A stretch of 64,000 nt of DNA from the human T2T-CHM13v2.0 reference genome, Homo sapiens. A program made the translations under genes and the position numbers. Numbering within the stretch: the first letter of the stretch is position 1; each line of letters begins with the position of its first letter. Below, piece by piece: positions 61,532 through 64,000 of the stretch. The notes beneath the pieces were generated by a model. That model worked only from the letters and a program-made list of their open reading frames with translations, searched no databases and was not told where the DNA came from. The stretch lies in NCBI RefSeq assembly GCF_009914755.1, contig NC_060926.1, one strand, 5' to 3'.

Positions 61532-62559
61532 CTAATCCATTCTAATCAGTGTTCTTTAACTATGTAAAGTGATTAAGGAATAGAATGATAGTATTTCTAA
61601 GAATAGTCTTTGGTCACATAATATATATTTTTTAGACAATACTACTACCTCTTTTCTATGTATTAAAATGTTAGTCCTATAAACACCAGGAAAGCATTGA
61701 TTAAATTAATTACCTTCTAAACCTATTACATGGATACTAGAGGAAAAGAGAAGAGAAACTTCAGTCAGTACAAAAGCATAGATGTCAACTTTTGTCTTTT
61801 TACATCCAATTTTATTTCAATATTTCACAAGTATTCACTAAATTCTAAAAGTTGCAACTATTACGTAAAATGGGACCTAATGATATTTCAACTGCATTTA
61901 CTGTTATTTACTTTCCAACTGCATTTTCTGCAATATAGTTTAACTGAAATCTCTTTGATTATAAGCATGCATTCCACCTTTCTACCTCAGTGTCTTTGTT
62001 CATGCCTTTTAACTTTTTTCTAACAGCCTCTAAGCCTACATATTGCTTTAGAATTCTATCTCTTATTAAGCCCTATTCAGGTGTCGTTTCCTCCATTAAC
62101 CATTCACTCAATCTCTCCCACTGGAAAACACTATTCCCTCCTGTGTACTCATAGAACACTTTTTAGTAGCTTCTTGTAATCATTATACCAGTATGTAATG
62201 TATTACATTCATTTGTGTTCTGTTTTCATTTCTAAGTCAGACTGTATGCTTTGTCAAGTTAGTTCAGTTTTATTTGATTTTTTTGTTGCAGAGACATTTG
62301 AATTGAACTTATTTCATAATCTTTCTTTAATTTGGAATTCCCTCTCCCTCTGGATATCCAAACTTTATCCTTTTTTCAAACTCCAATTCAAACCTTTCCT
62401 ATTCTGAAAGTCTTTACCTCAATTTCACACATAGAATGTTCTATAAATATCAATGAAGCCAAGGTGATTGAATGTATTATTCAAGCTTTTTATTTCTTTA
62501 CTGATTATCTGTCTACTTTTTCTATCAACTAATGAGAGAGGGTGTTGAAATGTTTGGCT

Positions 62560-63065
62560 ATGCCATAAGACAAAATTACAACATCTTAGTCTAAAAATCT
62601 TAATTGCTTTATTTGCAATTCTAGAATTGGGCAAGACTTCATTCCATCAAATAGAAAAAGTGTCCCAATGAGCTGGGCAGAAGAGGCTGGTTTTATAGAT
62701 AGAAAAGAACTAAAGAAAGAAGTAACAAAAAATAAAAAGCAGATTGGTCATTTCAAAGTTACTTTGTAAAGCAGGAACAGTTGAAAAATAACTGGTAGCA
62801 TCAGGTCACTTGAGGTTACATTTTGTTGTCAGAATTAAAGCAGAGGAAACATCATTATCATGCTGATTGAAACTGGCCTGTTTGGGAAATTAGGCTGTTA
62901 ACCTCTTACTCCTGCTTTCTAGGAAGGTCAAGTAACAACTCAGTTTGGGTTTGGTGACATGGAAACTCAGCATGAGTGGCTCCATTTTGATTTTTAGTCT
63001 GGTCCGTTGAGGCCTAGTGCAGTAGCTTAGTTCAAAACAATGACTTCCTACAATTTTTATTTAAA
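62560..63065 (-). mobile_element. ERV1-class solo LTR (MER31/MER93-like)
   Basis: Reverse complement begins ttaaataaaaattgtaggaagtcattgttttgaactaagctactgcactaggcc; interrupts an L1M. Confidence 0.6.
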
Positions 63066-63218
63066 GGCTATAATTGTCTGTTTGCCTTTTCCTACTTTCA
63101 GTTCTATCAGTTTTGGCTTCATTTATTTCCATACTTTTTTATTGTATAGATACATACATGCTTAGGATCATTATTTCCTCTTGATTAGTTGACCTCTTTA
63201 TTGTTAAGAAATGACCTT

Positions 63219-63492
<274 letters not shown>

Positions 63493-64000
63493 TTATATTA
63501 TCTCCTTTGAAATCTTTTTTGTCAGATATTAATATAGCCACTCCATCTTTCTTTGGATTATTGTAAACATGTTATAAATCTTACTCCATTGTTTTTCTTT
63601 TTATCTATTTGTGTATTTACATTTACGTATTACGTATTTATATTTAAAGTATGTTTCTTATAGGCTGCAAAGAGTTGGGTCTTGCTTTTTTATTCAATCT
63701 GACAGACTCTGCATATTAAATCTCTAGATTTTAAATAATGTATTTAGCTCTTTCACCTTTAATGTAATCATTGTTATTGTTGCATTAAGGTCTATCATCT
63801 TGCCATACACTTTCCATTTCTTCTGCTTTTAGTTTCTTTAAAATTTTGTCTAGTGTGCTTTATATTAAAAGAGCATTTTTTATAATAAAATTTGCTTTGT
63901 TATTTGTTAATTATAACTGGTCTTTGCATTATTTTGATGGTTCCTTTATGGCTTATAATGTATATTTTTAACTAATTAAAGTTGTCCTCCTGTGATATTA

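Overview
AT-rich human genomic DNA (Alu and L1 content, including human-specific AluYb8) covering the middle of DPP10, the inactive dipeptidyl peptidase 10 and Kv4 channel auxiliary subunit, on the + strand. Nine GT-AG coding exons (837 nt, 279 codons, [10 protein letters not shown]...RLSIFGK; probably exons ~13-21, numbering from memory) splice into one open frame. The introns hold a full-length antisense L1PA3/4, about 10 Alus, old L1M, L2 and MIR fragments, solo LTRs, MADE1 MITEs and microsatellites. Most short ORFs in the track are noise. The unexplained structure is three local templated duplications of similar divergence (about 90-92% identity by hand count). (1) A 119-bp copy of part of one DPP10 coding exon lies 71 bp downstream of the next exon and could act as a poison exon. 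(2) A two-piece insertion (one inverted, one direct) interrupts an old L1 3' UTR. (3) An L1 3' fragment plus ~187 bp of non-L1 flank occurs twice, 48 kb apart, and the two L1 ends carry different subfamily signatures. Separately, one splice donor of the L1 antisense-promoter/ORF0 unit is in phase with the next DPP10 exon. All alignments were done by eye; repeat subfamily names come from recalled consensus sequences.
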